From Promethearchaeota archaeon (GTDB taxonomy: Archaea > Asgardarchaeota > Lokiarchaeia > Sigyniarchaeales > SOKP01), in assembly GCA_030599585.1 (NCBI GenBank), contig JAUVNS010000006.1:224001-288000 (forward strand): DNA of 64,000 bases, written 5' to 3'. Below are positions 20,598 through 31,830 of the stretch, piece after piece. Position 1 is the first letter of the stretch, and each line of letters opens with the position of its first letter. Position numbers and translations under genes: made by a program. A model generated the notes under the pieces. That model was not told the DNA's origin. It saw only the letters and a list, made by a program, of their open reading frames with translations, and made no database searches.

Positions 20598-20921
20598 GTG
20601 GAATGTAAAATGTTGTTTATATCGTATTGGGAATTAAACCCAGATTTTGACCCCTCAGAATTAGCTGAAATTGCGCAAAAATTAATGAGTAAGAAACTAT
20701 ATCCGGTTGAAGGAGTTAAACAATTAGCTTTTTATATTAGTACGTCGGATTTTTGGGGAATTAGTGTAGAAGAGGCTGAAAGTGAAGAACAAATGGCAAA
20801 AGGTTCAAACATATGGAGACTGGCTAAACCAGGCTACATTAAGCTTATGAGAACTACTCCAGCAATGGAAGTTATTCAAATGGTTCCCTTACTAATGAAA
20901 CTAAAAAAACAGCTAGAATAA
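20598..20921 (+). CDS. Small hypothetical protein (DUF3303-like)
   Basis: MLFISYWEL..., WGISVEEAESEE, TTPAM pattern. Confidence 0.55.
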   Translation: MECKMLFISYWELNPDFDPSELAEIAQKLMSKKLYPVEGVKQLAFYISTSDFWGISVEEAESEEQMAKGSNIWRLAKPGYIKLMRTTPAMEVIQMVPLLMKLKKQLE

Positions 20922-21002
20922 CAGAATAATTCTAAATTTTAATTATCTTTTTTTTTTAACTGACAAATTTTATTTATTGACATACATTTTGCCATCTATA
21001 GT

Positions 21003-21893
21003 ATGGTGGAAAGCATGACTAAAGTTGCTGTTATTTCTACAAACGATCGCGTGTATGGAGTAAATAGATCCCTCGAGTTGCTAGGACTAAATCCTGTTAA
21101 AGGCAAAGATGTAATTTTCAAGCCAAATTTCAATACTGCTGATCCTCCTCCTGCTTCAAGCTCAATGGAGACAATAAAACAGCTTATTATAAAGTTAAAA
21201 GAAATGGGTGCGAATTCAATAACTGTAGCTGAACGAAGCGGTCCCGCTAAAACTTCGGATGTTTTTGAAAAAAAGGGCTTGTATGTTTTGGCAAAAGAAT
21301 TGGATTTTACGATCGTTGACTTAACAAGAATACCTCGAGATGGCTATGTCCTCAAAAAAACAGAGGGTAACCATTGGAGAGATGGATTTTTTTTTGCGAA
21401 AATATACGATGAAGCAGAATGTATTGTAGAAACGTGTTGTTTAAAGACTCACATGTATGGTGGACGCTTTACATTATCGCTTAAGAACGCAGTAGGAATA
21501 GTCAAAAAGAAAAATATGTCTGAATTACATTCCTCGGAACATCAGAGAGAAATGATTGCAGAAATAAATTCTGTTTACAAGCCTGACTTAATCGTTATGG
21601 ACGGCGTTATTACTTTTGTAGATCGAGGACCTATGGAAGGAACTCGAGTAGAAGGGAATGTATTCGTTGCGGGCACAGACAAAATTGCAATCGACTCTGT
21701 AGGCGTAGCAATATTGAGAATACTTGGAACTACGCCAGAGGTTACAAAAGGTTCTATTTTCGAACAAGATCAAATTAAAAGAGCCGTCGAATTAGGTATA
21801 GGCGTCTCATCACCCTTAGATATTGAATTTTTAACTGATTCTGAAAAAAGCGAAAAACTCGTTGCTCAAATAAAGGAGAAATTAGCACACTAA
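21003..21893 (+). CDS. DUF362 family protein
   Basis: VIFKPNF, LKTH, TLSLKNAVG, PDLIVMDG, D.IAID. Confidence 0.9.
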   Translation: MVESMTKVAVISTNDRVYGVNRSLELLGLNPVKGKDVIFKPNFNTADPPPASSSMETIKQLIIKLKEMGANSITVAERSGPAKTSDVFEKKGLYVLAKELDFTIVDLTRIPRDGYVLKKTEGNHWRDGFFFAKIYDEAECIVETCCLKTHMYGGRFTLSLKNAVGIVKKKNMSELHSSEHQREMIAEINSVYKPDLIVMDGVITFVDRGPMEGTRVEGNVFVAGTDKIAIDSVGVAILRILGTTPEVTKGSIFEQDQIKRAVELGIGVSSPLDIEFLTDSEKSEKLVAQIKEKLAH

Positions 21894-21945
21894 ACCAGAT
21901 TTCGAATGAAAAACAAATTAAAAAAAAAAAGAAATATTTTTGAAT

Positions 21946-22344
21946 TTAACTTCTTTGTTTCATCCAGCAGTAAATCCCTAGGATTAAATAGATTGCTACA
22001 AGGATAGTAACGACTATTGTATTCGTTAGGGCCATGGCGGGCAAAGATATTAGCGTTAATTCCAAAATATTAATGATTGTTACCATTAATAACCACATCA
22101 CGGATAATTCGTATAATAGTTTTATTTCTTCCCATTCCTTTTTAAAATAAGCCATAAGTGAAGCCAAGCCAAGAACCAAAAGTGTTCCTCCAAACAACCT
22201 AAAGTAAATAGGGTCGTTAAATGGCCACTGAGTTAAACCGTATATATAAATATCGGGAATTACCAAGTATAGAAATGCAAAGAGAAAACCTGCCAATACA
22301 TTCAAAAGCAAGGAAATTTTGGTAAGTTTTTGAATTTCAGTCAT
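21946..22344 (-). CDS. 4-TM membrane protein
   Basis: Four hydrophobic segments; WPFNDP..RLFG. Confidence 0.7.
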   Translation of the reverse strand: MTEIQKLTKISLLLNVLAGFLFAFLYLVIPDIYIYGLTQWPFNDPIYFRLFGGTLLVLGLASLMAYFKKEWEEIKLLYELSVMWLLMVTIINILELTLISLPAMALTNTIVVTILVAIYLILGIYCWMKQRS

Positions 22345-22452
22345 TATATCATACCTCTTCTTGTTAATTTTGAATAATATATTTCGGATTTAACCGTTCA
22401 ATAAATTTACAGAATTGTAGAATCTTCGTGTATATATAAAGATATCTTACTT

Positions 22453-23313
22453 TTATATGCTAAAGAGGATAGAAAAATATTTTTTAACATCTTTTAATTT
22501 AACAAAAAAAGCTGGTACGGTTTCGCTATATTTTTTGTAAGCTCCCTCATATCTTTCCATAAGTTCTTTTTCTTCAACGTATTTGAGATGAATATTTATT
22601 CCAACTAAAAAAATTAAAAAATAGATAACTGAATAAATGGAGAATCTAAAAAATATACTTCCTATGCTAATTAACATTAAACCATGATAGGTTGGGTGAC
22701 GTAATATTGAATAGATTGCGTGATTTTGAAGCGTAGATTCTTCTGGATAAAAAACATAAAGCATTGCCATGTTGTCAATGCCAAAGAAACTCAATGTTTT
22801 AAAAATTACAATAAGTCCTAATCCAACAAATAAAATTGACAGGACTAGTCTGATATAAAGAAAGTAAAAAGGAAAACCCATTATTAGTCCAGAAATAGGA
22901 ATTCCTAAATAATGGCTTAATGTATCATCAATCCCGTATGTAGCAATCAGATCATTGGGGATAAAACTATGAACTATGACAGAAAAAAGCATTGGAATCC
23001 CAATTGCTACAAATTTAAATGCTTTTTGATATGCTTTTTTCCCCGATTTAGATAAGTACTTATCTCGAACCCTCCAAAACTTACGTACTACCGAAAAACC
23101 AATAGATATTATTATTAAAGTCCCAAGTATGGGAGTTAAAGGGGCAATCATCTGTAAAATACCTATACTTCTAAAAATTCGGGGCAAAGAATCTAGAACT
23201 AATTGGAACATTAACGATGTTACAAAAACGATGAAAGCTATTACCGCAAATAATCGTATTTTTCTACCTTGGTAATCCGGTAATTTTGTTCTAAGCTGAT
23301 CTAATCCTTTCAT
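22453..23313 (-). CDS. Isoprenylcysteine carboxyl methyltransferase / PEMT family membrane protein
   Basis: IYSILRHPTY...EEKEL.ERY..AY..Y...VPAF. Confidence 0.85.
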   Translation of the reverse strand: MKGLDQLRTKLPDYQGRKIRLFAVIAFIVFVTSLMFQLVLDSLPRIFRSIGILQMIAPLTPILGTLIIISIGFSVVRKFWRVRDKYLSKSGKKAYQKAFKFVAIGIPMLFSVIVHSFIPNDLIATYGIDDTLSHYLGIPISGLIMGFPFYFLYIRLVLSILFVGLGLIVIFKTLSFFGIDNMAMLYVFYPEESTLQNHAIYSILRHPTYHGLMLISIGSIFFRFSIYSVIYFLIFLVGINIHLKYVEEKELMERYEGAYKKYSETVPAFFVKLKDVKKYFSILFSI

Positions 23314-23501
23314 TCGATGTATTAAGCTCGTTAAACCTATATAAAATTAATATTAATTATCTAGTTATTATGTATTAATATTTTTGCATAGACTTATTTT
23401 TATATATTTGAAACACTAATTATTTATCTATCAAGAGAATACATTTTCAACTAATCTGAATATTTGTTTTTAAATTATATTGATATCTTAGGGGATTAAA
23501 A

Positions 23502-26500
23502 ATGGTAAGGAATAAAAAAAAAAATTATTATATCAAGCAATTGTCTATTCTTTTTGTTGTTTTAATTGTTATTGGAAATATATCAAGTTTTCAATCAAAT
23601 ATCATTGTTCTGGATGATATTAATCAAGAACCGTTTAACAAGCCCACAGAAGATATCTTAGATAAGCAAATAAGCGATGTCCCTGATGATGTAGGTGGAT
23701 ATAAGGTAGATGGTGCATCAAGTTTTACTACAATCCAAAACGCGTCTAGTATAATATCTGATCGCGATTATTTTGCGAACGAAACTTATTTCAACATAAC
23801 GACTCCCGTTGCGTGGAATACTACTTCTAAGCAGTTCGATATCGAATCTTATTCAAAAGAGCAATTTATTAAAGACCCCTATTTTGATCAAAAATACAAC
23901 GGTTCTGGCGATTACTGGGCTCCAGAAGAGGTACAGAGCGGACAAGGTATTTTTACCCAAATTCCTTTAGATATCAACCCATATGCTAAAACTAACATCT
24001 TCAATTTAAAAAAGAGACTTAATCCGGCGTTTGAGAGCGGTGATTACGCATTTTGGACCCGTGAGCTTGATGGTTTAAATCCTGAAAACATAGATATTCA
24101 AAGAGGTAGGATATACCAACAGAAAGATGAGACAATTGAGGACTATAATAATTTTCAGGCTAACCCCGGCTTTTATAAAGATACAAACGCACCTTATGGA
24201 GGAGTTTATGACCCATTATACGATTTTATTGATTTATTTTATGACGAATCTCAAACGAGTCTGAAAATAATTATTGATCCCCATGTTTCTTCTCTCGGGG
24301 GTAATCCCTCAGCAGCGTGGTGGTATTTTGGGGTTATTCCGTATGCTGTTGATTACGCTCAAATTACAATTAGTTGGAATATTGAGGGGGCTTCTACTTT
24401 TGAGGCTGAAGATGAATACGAAATTCGCGCCCGTATTAACAATAAGTATATCAACGGCGTTGATTACATATCAAAATCCGGAGATGTGCCCTTTAACGGG
24501 TCAAAAGATGCGTTAATGGTTTATAACAATACACATTTCGCCGGCCATATTAGTCACTCTACTATCACTAGAACATATAATATTACGGATCTAGTAGATG
24601 GATTAGTAGGAGTAAATAAATTTGATTTTGGTGCGTGGGCTAAAAATCCTAGTCAAGGAGGAGATAACGATCTTATTATCGTAAATTTCGAGTCTGTAGA
24701 GTTAATGTTTAATACCTCAACAAAATACGAAGTCGCTCGCTTAAATTATCGATATAAACTAATAGATAATGATGAATTAGGAGTTAATATATTTAAACTT
24801 AGTAATAACGCTTCTTTTTTCTTATATCTTAAAGATAGGGATACAGATCAAAGTGAATTAATCAGAGTACTTCCTTTTTCAATGGCTCAAATTAGTTCAT
24901 CAGATTTTAGTAAAACTCCATGGATTGATATGGAATTTAGTATTTCTCAAAAGTATCAAGAATTTTTAAAAGCTGATAATTTGGAATTTAAAATTGGAGT
25001 GTACTTTGAAGAAGATTTCAATATGCGTATCGATTACGACCATTATATTGATGACGTATTTTTCAGTATAAATTACAAACAAGCAGTTGATCGTGTGGGT
25101 TTAAAAATTAAAATTGATGGTTCTCCACCTTGGTATAATGTAACCAGCGATACCTACACCGTAGACACATCGAGTTGGATTTCGGGAGATACTCACTCGT
25201 TCCAATTTACTACATTCAATATTAGTTACCTCAACAGATTGTTTTTAAATCTTAAGTCTTTTTTAGATGTTACTTATACGAGTAATTCGTCTAACTTGGC
25301 TCAGGCAAGCTATGCTATTGAAGGTGGGAACGCTAACAAAGGCGTTTGGAATGTCACTTACGATAACACCTACTCCTTTTTTAAATTAATAGAAGCACAT
25401 TCAACAAACCTATTCAATTTATCTCGGTACTCATTATCATACATTGACTTACCTGCGTTTGATTCCAAGGGATCTAACAGCGAAAATTGGGATGTATTCA
25501 GCGCTTTGACACCCAATTTATATAACTATACGCGGAATCTATATCGTTTTAACTACACAGGAAGCAATACTGATCAAAGTGCGACCATAGAGAATGCTTT
25601 TGCAGTTGGAAATTGGAGTATACAAGCTTATCAAGCAAATTATATATCAACCTGTTCCTTTAATAATACTGTCTCTTATTTGACTGATCCTGCCTTTTAC
25701 AAGGACGACACTATACGATTTAATTTCACCTTATTAGAAACAACAATGGGAAATTATAGTTATGAGTTGTATAATTCAACTGGAGATTTAATGAGTAATT
25801 TTCCTAAGTTTAATTCCTCCAATTATAAAAATGTAATTGGGCTATTGAATCTAGCAGAGAAATTTTCAGTTGGATCTTATTATTTAAGATTTAAATGGAA
25901 CGATAGTGCCAGTTTCGCTGGAAGTGCGTTAAGGTATGGTTCAATAATATTATCCTTTTATATTTTTAATAAAACTAAAGCTCAATTCACCCATCTTGTA
26001 AGCGAAGTATCTTCTGGAGAAACAGCAGAATTTGCTTTAAATTACACTACCTATTTAGATTGGGGTATTGAGGATGCAACGATACTTGTATATGAAAATT
26101 CTTCAGGATCCTTAAAATTTTGGGGTGTGGATTGGACTGGTAGCTACCAAGTTGGCGTTATTACGCATTTAGGAAATGGTAATTATTCTATCCCTCTTTT
26201 TACGGTAGGTGCACCGAATGGAACTTATCAACTTTTCTTTCTCTGTCTAAAATCTTTACATGAAGGACAAATTTTAACTAGTAGTCTTAGAGTAATAGCT
26301 GAATACTTAATTGATTTCAACATTACTATGGGAGCTTACATTGATAACTCCGAATGGGTCATATCTTCAGACAATGTTCCATATGTTAACGATACAATAA
26401 ATAGCGTTATTAGAGTTAACCTTACAAAGGAAGCTGATGGTACTCCACTAACGGGAGGTTTGGTTATAGGCACCATAGAAGGAAGTGAAAATTATTTCAC

Positions 26501-29291
26501 TGCTCAAGAAGTTGGTGGTGGTTTATACGATTTAACACTAAATACTACTTATATAGACGCCTCTCAAAAAAGTGGTAGCGTCTATCTAGATAACGAAACG
26601 CTTGAAATAAGGTGTACTTCCAGCGGATACAACATATATCGAGAAAATGTTACGTTCTTTGTTGACAAGATTCCCACCCAAATTTCGCTTCAAAACCCTG
26701 GAGATGTTTTTGCAGGGAGTAGTATAAGTGCTGTGGCAAGCATGCAAAACAACATTGATCCTATAAATCCTAAACCAAATACTTACGGAAATTTAGAATG
26801 TTACATAGTTCAAGGAATTACGGTGAAACTTAACGGTTCGTTAACGCATTTGCTTAGCGGTGTGTATCAAAATGGTTTCTCACTAGCGGGCCTCTCACCT
26901 GGTGAATACAGCTTATATGTAAATGGTACAGCTATCAACTGTTTGAATTCTCAAAGCAATATTGTAAACTTCACAATAATATCCCAAACATCAACCGACT
27001 TAGCAATTTCGGTTCCAACTTCAATACGAATTTTACAACCGTTTCAGATAAGGACGACATTAAGCTACACTATAAATGGAACTACAATTCCGGATCAAAT
27101 TGTAAAACTCAACATTTCAATTAATGATGATGAAGGTTTTATCGTTTCTACCGTTACAAATTCCGAGGGTGTTAGTATATATGAATACATTATTTCCGCG
27201 CAATATGAAACACAAAACTTAACGATTGTAGCAATATATGAAGGTTTAGTAGAAATAGCTGGATCATCAAGCAATATAACAAAAGTTATTCAGGGAAAAA
27301 TACCCATATTTCTACAAATTTTTGATTTCCCTAATGCTCTGAGAGTAGGATATTCTGCAAAATACCAATTAAGGATAAACATAACAGAGGGTGGAGAAAC
27401 TCTACAAAATAGGATAATATTGTTTTCAGCATATTACAACGACGAATTTTCGGCTCCTTTCGTAACAGATCAACTCTACACAGATGAGAATGGACAATGT
27501 GAATTTACAATAACCGAGATCTCCGATGGAAGCAATAATGTAACAGTGTTTTTCGAATACCTCGGATCAACAACAGTTTCGTACAACTTAACATCAAGGT
27601 TAGATACAATTCAACCGAAGTGGACCTCAAATTTTACAGTAGAGCCTTTACCAAGCACTATAAGGTTTGGTCAAAGTATTAGTTTTAATATGAAGTTTTA
27701 TTGTGAAAACAACTCTATTTCTCTAGAAAACCTTCCAACCGTTTTAACTTTTAATTATGCTGGTACTAACGAGATTTATATCAGATGGGTGAATGTGAAC
27801 AATTCTCTTAACTATGTATATCGTGTTGCGAACTTTTTTAGCGGAAATTTAAATTGCTCACTAGTTTTTGAAGGAACGAGTAAGATTGCAGGATTTTCAT
27901 TAAACTTTAACTTATCTATTAATCCTAAGATCATTGTAAACTTAGAATTTGTAGAACCTCCACAATCACAGTATTTATATGGCTCAGAATCGTTTGAAGT
28001 TCGAGTCACAGACGAGTTAGGCACTTTATTAGACGGGTTACTAATTAATTTTCAAGTTATCGACCAAAATAGCAACACAATTTATAACTACACATCTACT
28101 TGCGTAAATGGAATTGCAGTTGCGATTTTAGACTTATCAGTAGGCGATACTTACATCATTCAAGTCCAATATTTTGCTGAAAGTTATTATGAAGGTGATC
28201 TTTTAACATCGTCAGAAATTCGAGTTGTAAATGAATGGGTAATGTTCCTTGATATGCTTCCCACCATTTTAATAGTGGCTGGAATCGTGTTAGCATTTGG
28301 GTTTATAGTACATCGTGGCTTTATTGTTCCAAAACGAAGAAGAAGAATCAAATCGTTAAAAGATTTGTATCAAAAATTATCTGATGCCGAAAATATGCAA
28401 TACGTGTTAATTTTAACCAAGGATGGGGGTATTCCATGCTACAGTAAAAGTTTAGCTGATGTACCAATAGATGAATCTTTAATTTCGGGATTCTTAAGTG
28501 CCATCTCCACCTTTGGCAAGGAGATAGGAGCTAAAATTCAAGATGGAGAGGGAAAGGGAGGTTTGGAAGAATTATCCTATAGACAATTTAAAATTATTAT
28601 CAACGAAGGTAAGTTTGTTAACACTGCGCTCTTACTCTTAAAACGCCCAAGCGACGCTATAAAAGAAAAATTAAGAACTTTTAATGGTATATTCGAAGAT
28701 ATTTATCGGGATCGCTTAGTTAAATTTACAGGGCAAATGTTAGAAGACACACCCATCACTAAGATGATAGAAGAAGTTTTCGAAGCAGATTTATTGTATC
28801 CTCACCAAGTAGTCGAATCAAAAGTAGGAGTTTATTTGAAATCCGCAACACCTACTAAAATAGATAAAAAGGTAGTTATACTTGTTCGAGGTGAAGAATT
28901 TGAATCCAACTTTTACTTGAGGGATCTAATAAATCACCTAAAAACTAAGGGAATAGAGGAGCTAAAATCATTTGAGACGATTCAAAAACTTAAATCAGAT
29001 AAAATTGTGTTTGCCATAAACCCAAGGACTAACTACTTAATCGTGGAATTTCAGAAATATATTAAACACATGGACGCTGACGATAAAAGTGTGTTGTATG
29101 CTATCTTTGATGGCCAAAATGACTGGATGAAAATTACCAAATATTTGAATAAGAGAAACATAGAAATATCAAAACCCGTAGATGATATTCTTGGAAAGTT
29201 AAAAAAACTACATTTAATCGACGATCTTAATCAAATCAGCGAAACTGGGAGCGCGATAGCAACCATTTTGAAACTGATTCCAGACCTTTAA
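23502..29291 (+). CDS. Giant cell-surface protein: glycosylated Ig-like ectodomain, single TM, cytoplasmic longin-like domain and probable wHTH domains
   Basis: N-terminal signal/TM; many N-x-S/T sequons; beta-rich repeats; TM followed by PKRRRR; YVLILTKDGGIPCYS...LISGFLSAISTFGKEI. Confidence 0.75.
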   Translation: MVRNKKKNYYIKQLSILFVVLIVIGNISSFQSNIIVLDDINQEPFNKPTEDILDKQISDVPDDVGGYKVDGASSFTTIQNASSIISDRDYFANETYFNITTPVAWNTTSKQFDIESYSKEQFIKDPYFDQKYNGSGDYWAPEEVQSGQGIFTQIPLDINPYAKTNIFNLKKRLNPAFESGDYAFWTRELDGLNPENIDIQRGRIYQQKDETIEDYNNFQANPGFYKDTNAPYGGVYDPLYDFIDLFYDESQTSLKIIIDPHVSSLGGNPSAAWWYFGVIPYAVDYAQITISWNIEGASTFEAEDEYEIRARINNKYINGVDYISKSGDVPFNGSKDALMVYNNTHFAGHISHSTITRTYNITDLVDGLVGVNKFDFGAWAKNPSQGGDNDLIIVNFESVELMFNTSTKYEVARLNYRYKLIDNDELGVNIFKLSNNASFFLYLKDRDTDQSELIRVLPFSMAQISSSDFSKTPWIDMEFSISQKYQEFLKADNLEFKIGVYFEEDFNMRIDYDHYIDDVFFSINYKQAVDRVGLKIKIDGSPPWYNVTSDTYTVDTSSWISGDTHSFQFTTFNISYLNRLFLNLKSFLDVTYTSNSSNLAQASYAIEGGNANKGVWNVTYDNTYSFFKLIEAHSTNLFNLSRYSLSYIDLPAFDSKGSNSENWDVFSALTPNLYNYTRNLYRFNYTGSNTDQSATIENAFAVGNWSIQAYQANYISTCSFNNTVSYLTDPAFYKDDTIRFNFTLLETTMGNYSYELYNSTGDLMSNFPKFNSSNYKNVIGLLNLAEKFSVGSYYLRFKWNDSASFAGSALRYGSIILSFYIFNKTKAQFTHLVSEVSSGETAEFALNYTTYLDWGIEDATILVYENSSGSLKFWGVDWTGSYQVGVITHLGNGNYSIPLFTVGAPNGTYQLFFLCLKSLHEGQILTSSLRVIAEYLIDFNITMGAYIDNSEWVISSDNVPYVNDTINSVIRVNLTKEADGTPLTGGLVIGTIEGSENYFTAQEVGGGLYDLTLNTTYIDASQKSGSVYLDNETLEIRCTSSGYNIYRENVTFFVDKIPTQISLQNPGDVFAGSSISAVASMQNNIDPINPKPNTYGNLECYIVQGITVKLNGSLTHLLSGVYQNGFSLAGLSPGEYSLYVNGTAINCLNSQSNIVNFTIISQTSTDLAISVPTSIRILQPFQIRTTLSYTINGTTIPDQIVKLNISINDDEGFIVSTVTNSEGVSIYEYIISAQYETQNLTIVAIYEGLVEIAGSSSNITKVIQGKIPIFLQIFDFPNALRVGYSAKYQLRINITEGGETLQNRIILFSAYYNDEFSAPFVTDQLYTDENGQCEFTITEISDGSNNVTVFFEYLGSTTVSYNLTSRLDTIQPKWTSNFTVEPLPSTIRFGQSISFNMKFYCENNSISLENLPTVLTFNYAGTNEIYIRWVNVNNSLNYVYRVANFFSGNLNCSLVFEGTSKIAGFSLNFNLSINPKIIVNLEFVEPPQSQYLYGSESFEVRVTDELGTLLDGLLINFQVIDQNSNTIYNYTSTCVNGIAVAILDLSVGDTYIIQVQYFAESYYEGDLLTSSEIRVVNEWVMFLDMLPTILIVAGIVLAFGFIVHRGFIVPKRRRRIKSLKDLYQKLSDAENMQYVLILTKDGGIPCYSKSLADVPIDESLISGFLSAISTFGKEIGAKIQDGEGKGGLEELSYRQFKIIINEGKFVNTALLLLKRPSDAIKEKLRTFNGIFEDIYRDRLVKFTGQMLEDTPITKMIEEVFEADLLYPHQVVESKVGVYLKSATPTKIDKKVVILVRGEEFESNFYLRDLINHLKTKGIEELKSFETIQKLKSDKIVFAINPRTNYLIVEFQKYIKHMDADDKSVLYAIFDGQNDWMKITKYLNKRNIEISKPVDDILGKLKKLHLIDDLNQISETGSAIATILKLIPDL

Positions 29292-29337
29292 ATGGTTTTT
29301 TTATTTAACATATTCTAGTTTTTTTTTTCTTTTACAT

Positions 29338-30633
29338 TTACATTAAAATTAAAGTGTAAATCATAGTATATCCTAGAATAATGACAAAATGAAGCGTTGC
29401 GAAAAGAGAACCATTTTTAAGTAAACGCCTGTAATTTAGGTTCACCACCTTATTTTTTTTTGCTAACATAAGTGTGAGAAGATCACAAGCTGAACCTTGC
29501 GGTAAGAAGTTACCCGCCATATTAACTCCCCCTATGAAGGCTATAATGATCGGATTGGGAAAAAATCCTTTTCCAACCAATGTTGCAAAAATCGGGAGGA
29601 GGATAATAGTAACAGGCGTTCCTGCAAGAAATGCTGACAAGAGAGTTGAAAGGCCTAAAGTAATAAGAACGGCCAGAAAAATGTTATCGTTTACCACGCT
29701 AACAAGCCCAGCAGATATTAATTCCGATAAGCCAAAAAGCGATAAAGAATTCGAAAGTATAAACAATACCGCAAAGACAATGATGATTTTCCATGCGATT
29801 TCGTTCTTCAAATCAGAGAAATTAGATTTTTTTGAGTGAATAAGCATCAAAATTGCTGCAGACACGATCGCGACAAGTGCGGGAGTAAATCCTAAAATCA
29901 TTAAAGCGAAAGTGGCTAGAATTACGATACTTGTTGTATAAAAATAAAATTTATTTTCTATGACAATTCCAGGGTCGAGCATAGTTAGGAGGATATTTTT
30001 ATTGTATTCCGTTGGTTTTTCCTCCTTTCTTATTATAAACCAATCCATCAAAAATATGGTGGAAATTAACGCAATCAAGTATAATATACCCATATTGGCT
30101 ATAAACTCACCAAAACCCCACCCAAATTCCTCACCAATTATCAAATTTTTTAAACTTGAAACAGGCGTGAGAATAGCGCCAATGTTTATCGTTATGGTCA
30201 TCCCCATCATATAACTCCCAGCAGGAATCTCTAAAATTCGACACGTCCTGAAGATGAGAGGGACTAATATCAACGAAAGGGTTAAATCTTCTACAAAAGC
30301 AACTATTGTTCCTGTAAAAAAGCAAATCATATAAAAAAATAATCTATTATTTCCTTTCGTAATATGAACTAATTTAATCGCAAAATAATCTAAAACACGG
30401 TTATGAGAAGCAAAATAAATTATTATTTGCATTGCGAATATGAAGATCAGAGCGTTAAAATTGATGAAACCAACGATTTCTTCCTCTGAAACGCCGCCTA
30501 ATGTAATCATTGAAACCACAGCAATGGCTCCTATGATTAGAGCAATTGGAAAATAGTCGAACTTTTGTTGAGAAAAAAACGCCATCAAAATGGCAAATAA
30601 AACCAAGATCAACAGTATCGCGGGTAAGTTCAT
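29338..30633 (-). CDS. ArsB/NhaD/SLC13-type ion transporter
   Basis: 11-12 TM in two repeats: NIGAILTPVSSLKN and NMAGNFLPQGSACD. Confidence 0.85.
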   Translation of the reverse strand: MNLPAILLILVLFAILMAFFSQQKFDYFPIALIIGAIAVVSMITLGGVSEEEIVGFINFNALIFIFAMQIIIYFASHNRVLDYFAIKLVHITKGNNRLFFYMICFFTGTIVAFVEDLTLSLILVPLIFRTCRILEIPAGSYMMGMTITINIGAILTPVSSLKNLIIGEEFGWGFGEFIANMGILYLIALISTIFLMDWFIIRKEEKPTEYNKNILLTMLDPGIVIENKFYFYTTSIVILATFALMILGFTPALVAIVSAAILMLIHSKKSNFSDLKNEIAWKIIIVFAVLFILSNSLSLFGLSELISAGLVSVVNDNIFLAVLITLGLSTLLSAFLAGTPVTIILLPIFATLVGKGFFPNPIIIAFIGGVNMAGNFLPQGSACDLLTLMLAKKNKVVNLNYRRLLKNGSLFATLHFVIILGYTMIYTLILM

Positions 30634-30822
30634 TAAATAAAAAAGAATGGTTACTCTATAAAAAATTATCTCTTTTATCGGAGAATGGTAAAAGATTCAT
30701 ATGTTACTAATAATTTTTATGTAGTTATAATATATAAAATTTGAATGACAACAGTTAACATTAAAAATTAAACATAAAATGAGGAGTAGCGTAGAGAGAA
30801 TTAGAATTAAGCCAATGAAATC

Positions 30823-31605
30823 ATGCCAGAACTTCCAGAAGTAGAAACTTTTAAGCGGTACTTAGATAAAACATCCTTAAAGCAATTCATTACAAATATC
30901 AAAGTTACGGATAGTAGGATATTGAATACGGATGAGACTCATTTAAGAGAGACTTTAAAAAGCAAGCGATTCGAATCGTCAACTAGACACGGAAAGTATC
31001 TGCTTGTTTATCTCAAGCCTCGATATCTTGTATTGCATTTTGGCATGAGCGGAGACTTAAAATACTTTAATAAAAATGAGGCTCCCCCTAAATTCAGTAA
31101 AGTGATATTCCAATTTAATAATGGCTTTAATTTAGCCTATATCTCCATAAGAATGTTTGGAAAAGTAGCCATCGCTAATTCTATTGAGGAATTTATTGAA
31201 GATAAAAAATTAGGCCCCGATGCGTATAAAATGACTCTTGAAGAATTTGAAGACGCTGTACAGAGAAGAAGCGCTATCGCTAAAAACGCGCTACTAAATC
31301 AAAGTTTTATAGCAGGTATCGGTAATATTTATTCTGACGAAATCTTGTTCAGAACAAAGATACATCCTAAAACTAATATTAATTTTTTGAGTGAAAGTAA
31401 AATTAAGGAATTGTTTGTTAATATTAAAGAAGTCTTGGAGTATGGAATAAAAAAAAAAGGCGATTTAATTACCTATCCTAATGAGTTTTTAATTCCACAT
31501 CGCAAGAAAGAAGAAAAATGCCCGATATGCAATAGCGATATTACCCGTTTTGAAATTTCAGGACGTCATGGGTTTTTTTGTCCATCTTGTCAAATCCAAT
31601 CATGA
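30823..31605 (+). CDS. mutM: Formamidopyrimidine-DNA glycosylase (Fpg/Nei family)
   Basis: N-terminal PELPEVE, RHGKYL, HFGMSG, H2TH GIGNIYSDEILF, C-terminal CPIC...CPSCQ finger. Confidence 0.93.
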   Translation: MPELPEVETFKRYLDKTSLKQFITNIKVTDSRILNTDETHLRETLKSKRFESSTRHGKYLLVYLKPRYLVLHFGMSGDLKYFNKNEAPPKFSKVIFQFNNGFNLAYISIRMFGKVAIANSIEEFIEDKKLGPDAYKMTLEEFEDAVQRRSAIAKNALLNQSFIAGIGNIYSDEILFRTKIHPKTNINFLSESKIKELFVNIKEVLEYGIKKKGDLITYPNEFLIPHRKKEEKCPICNSDITRFEISGRHGFFCPSCQIQS

Positions 31606-31830
31606 ATATTCTATTTTTTTTTCTATAACAAATGGTTAATTATTTAGAAAAACCATCAGACTAAGAACAAAGTAGTAGAGTTCATAGATTTCAAATATAT
31701 TAAGTGCTTTATAAAATAAAAGCTACTTTCTCCCTTTTTAATATTTTATAACGCTCACGATTATATTTCTATATTTTTTGGTTAATCCTAATAACTTCAA
31801 TTCAAAGTACTATAAAATTTAAGTGATTTT

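Noticed and set aside
22453-23313. ICMT-like gene as evidence of GTPase prenylation
   Set aside because: The family is widespread in prokaryotes, and neither complete GTPase in the window ends in CaaX or CC.
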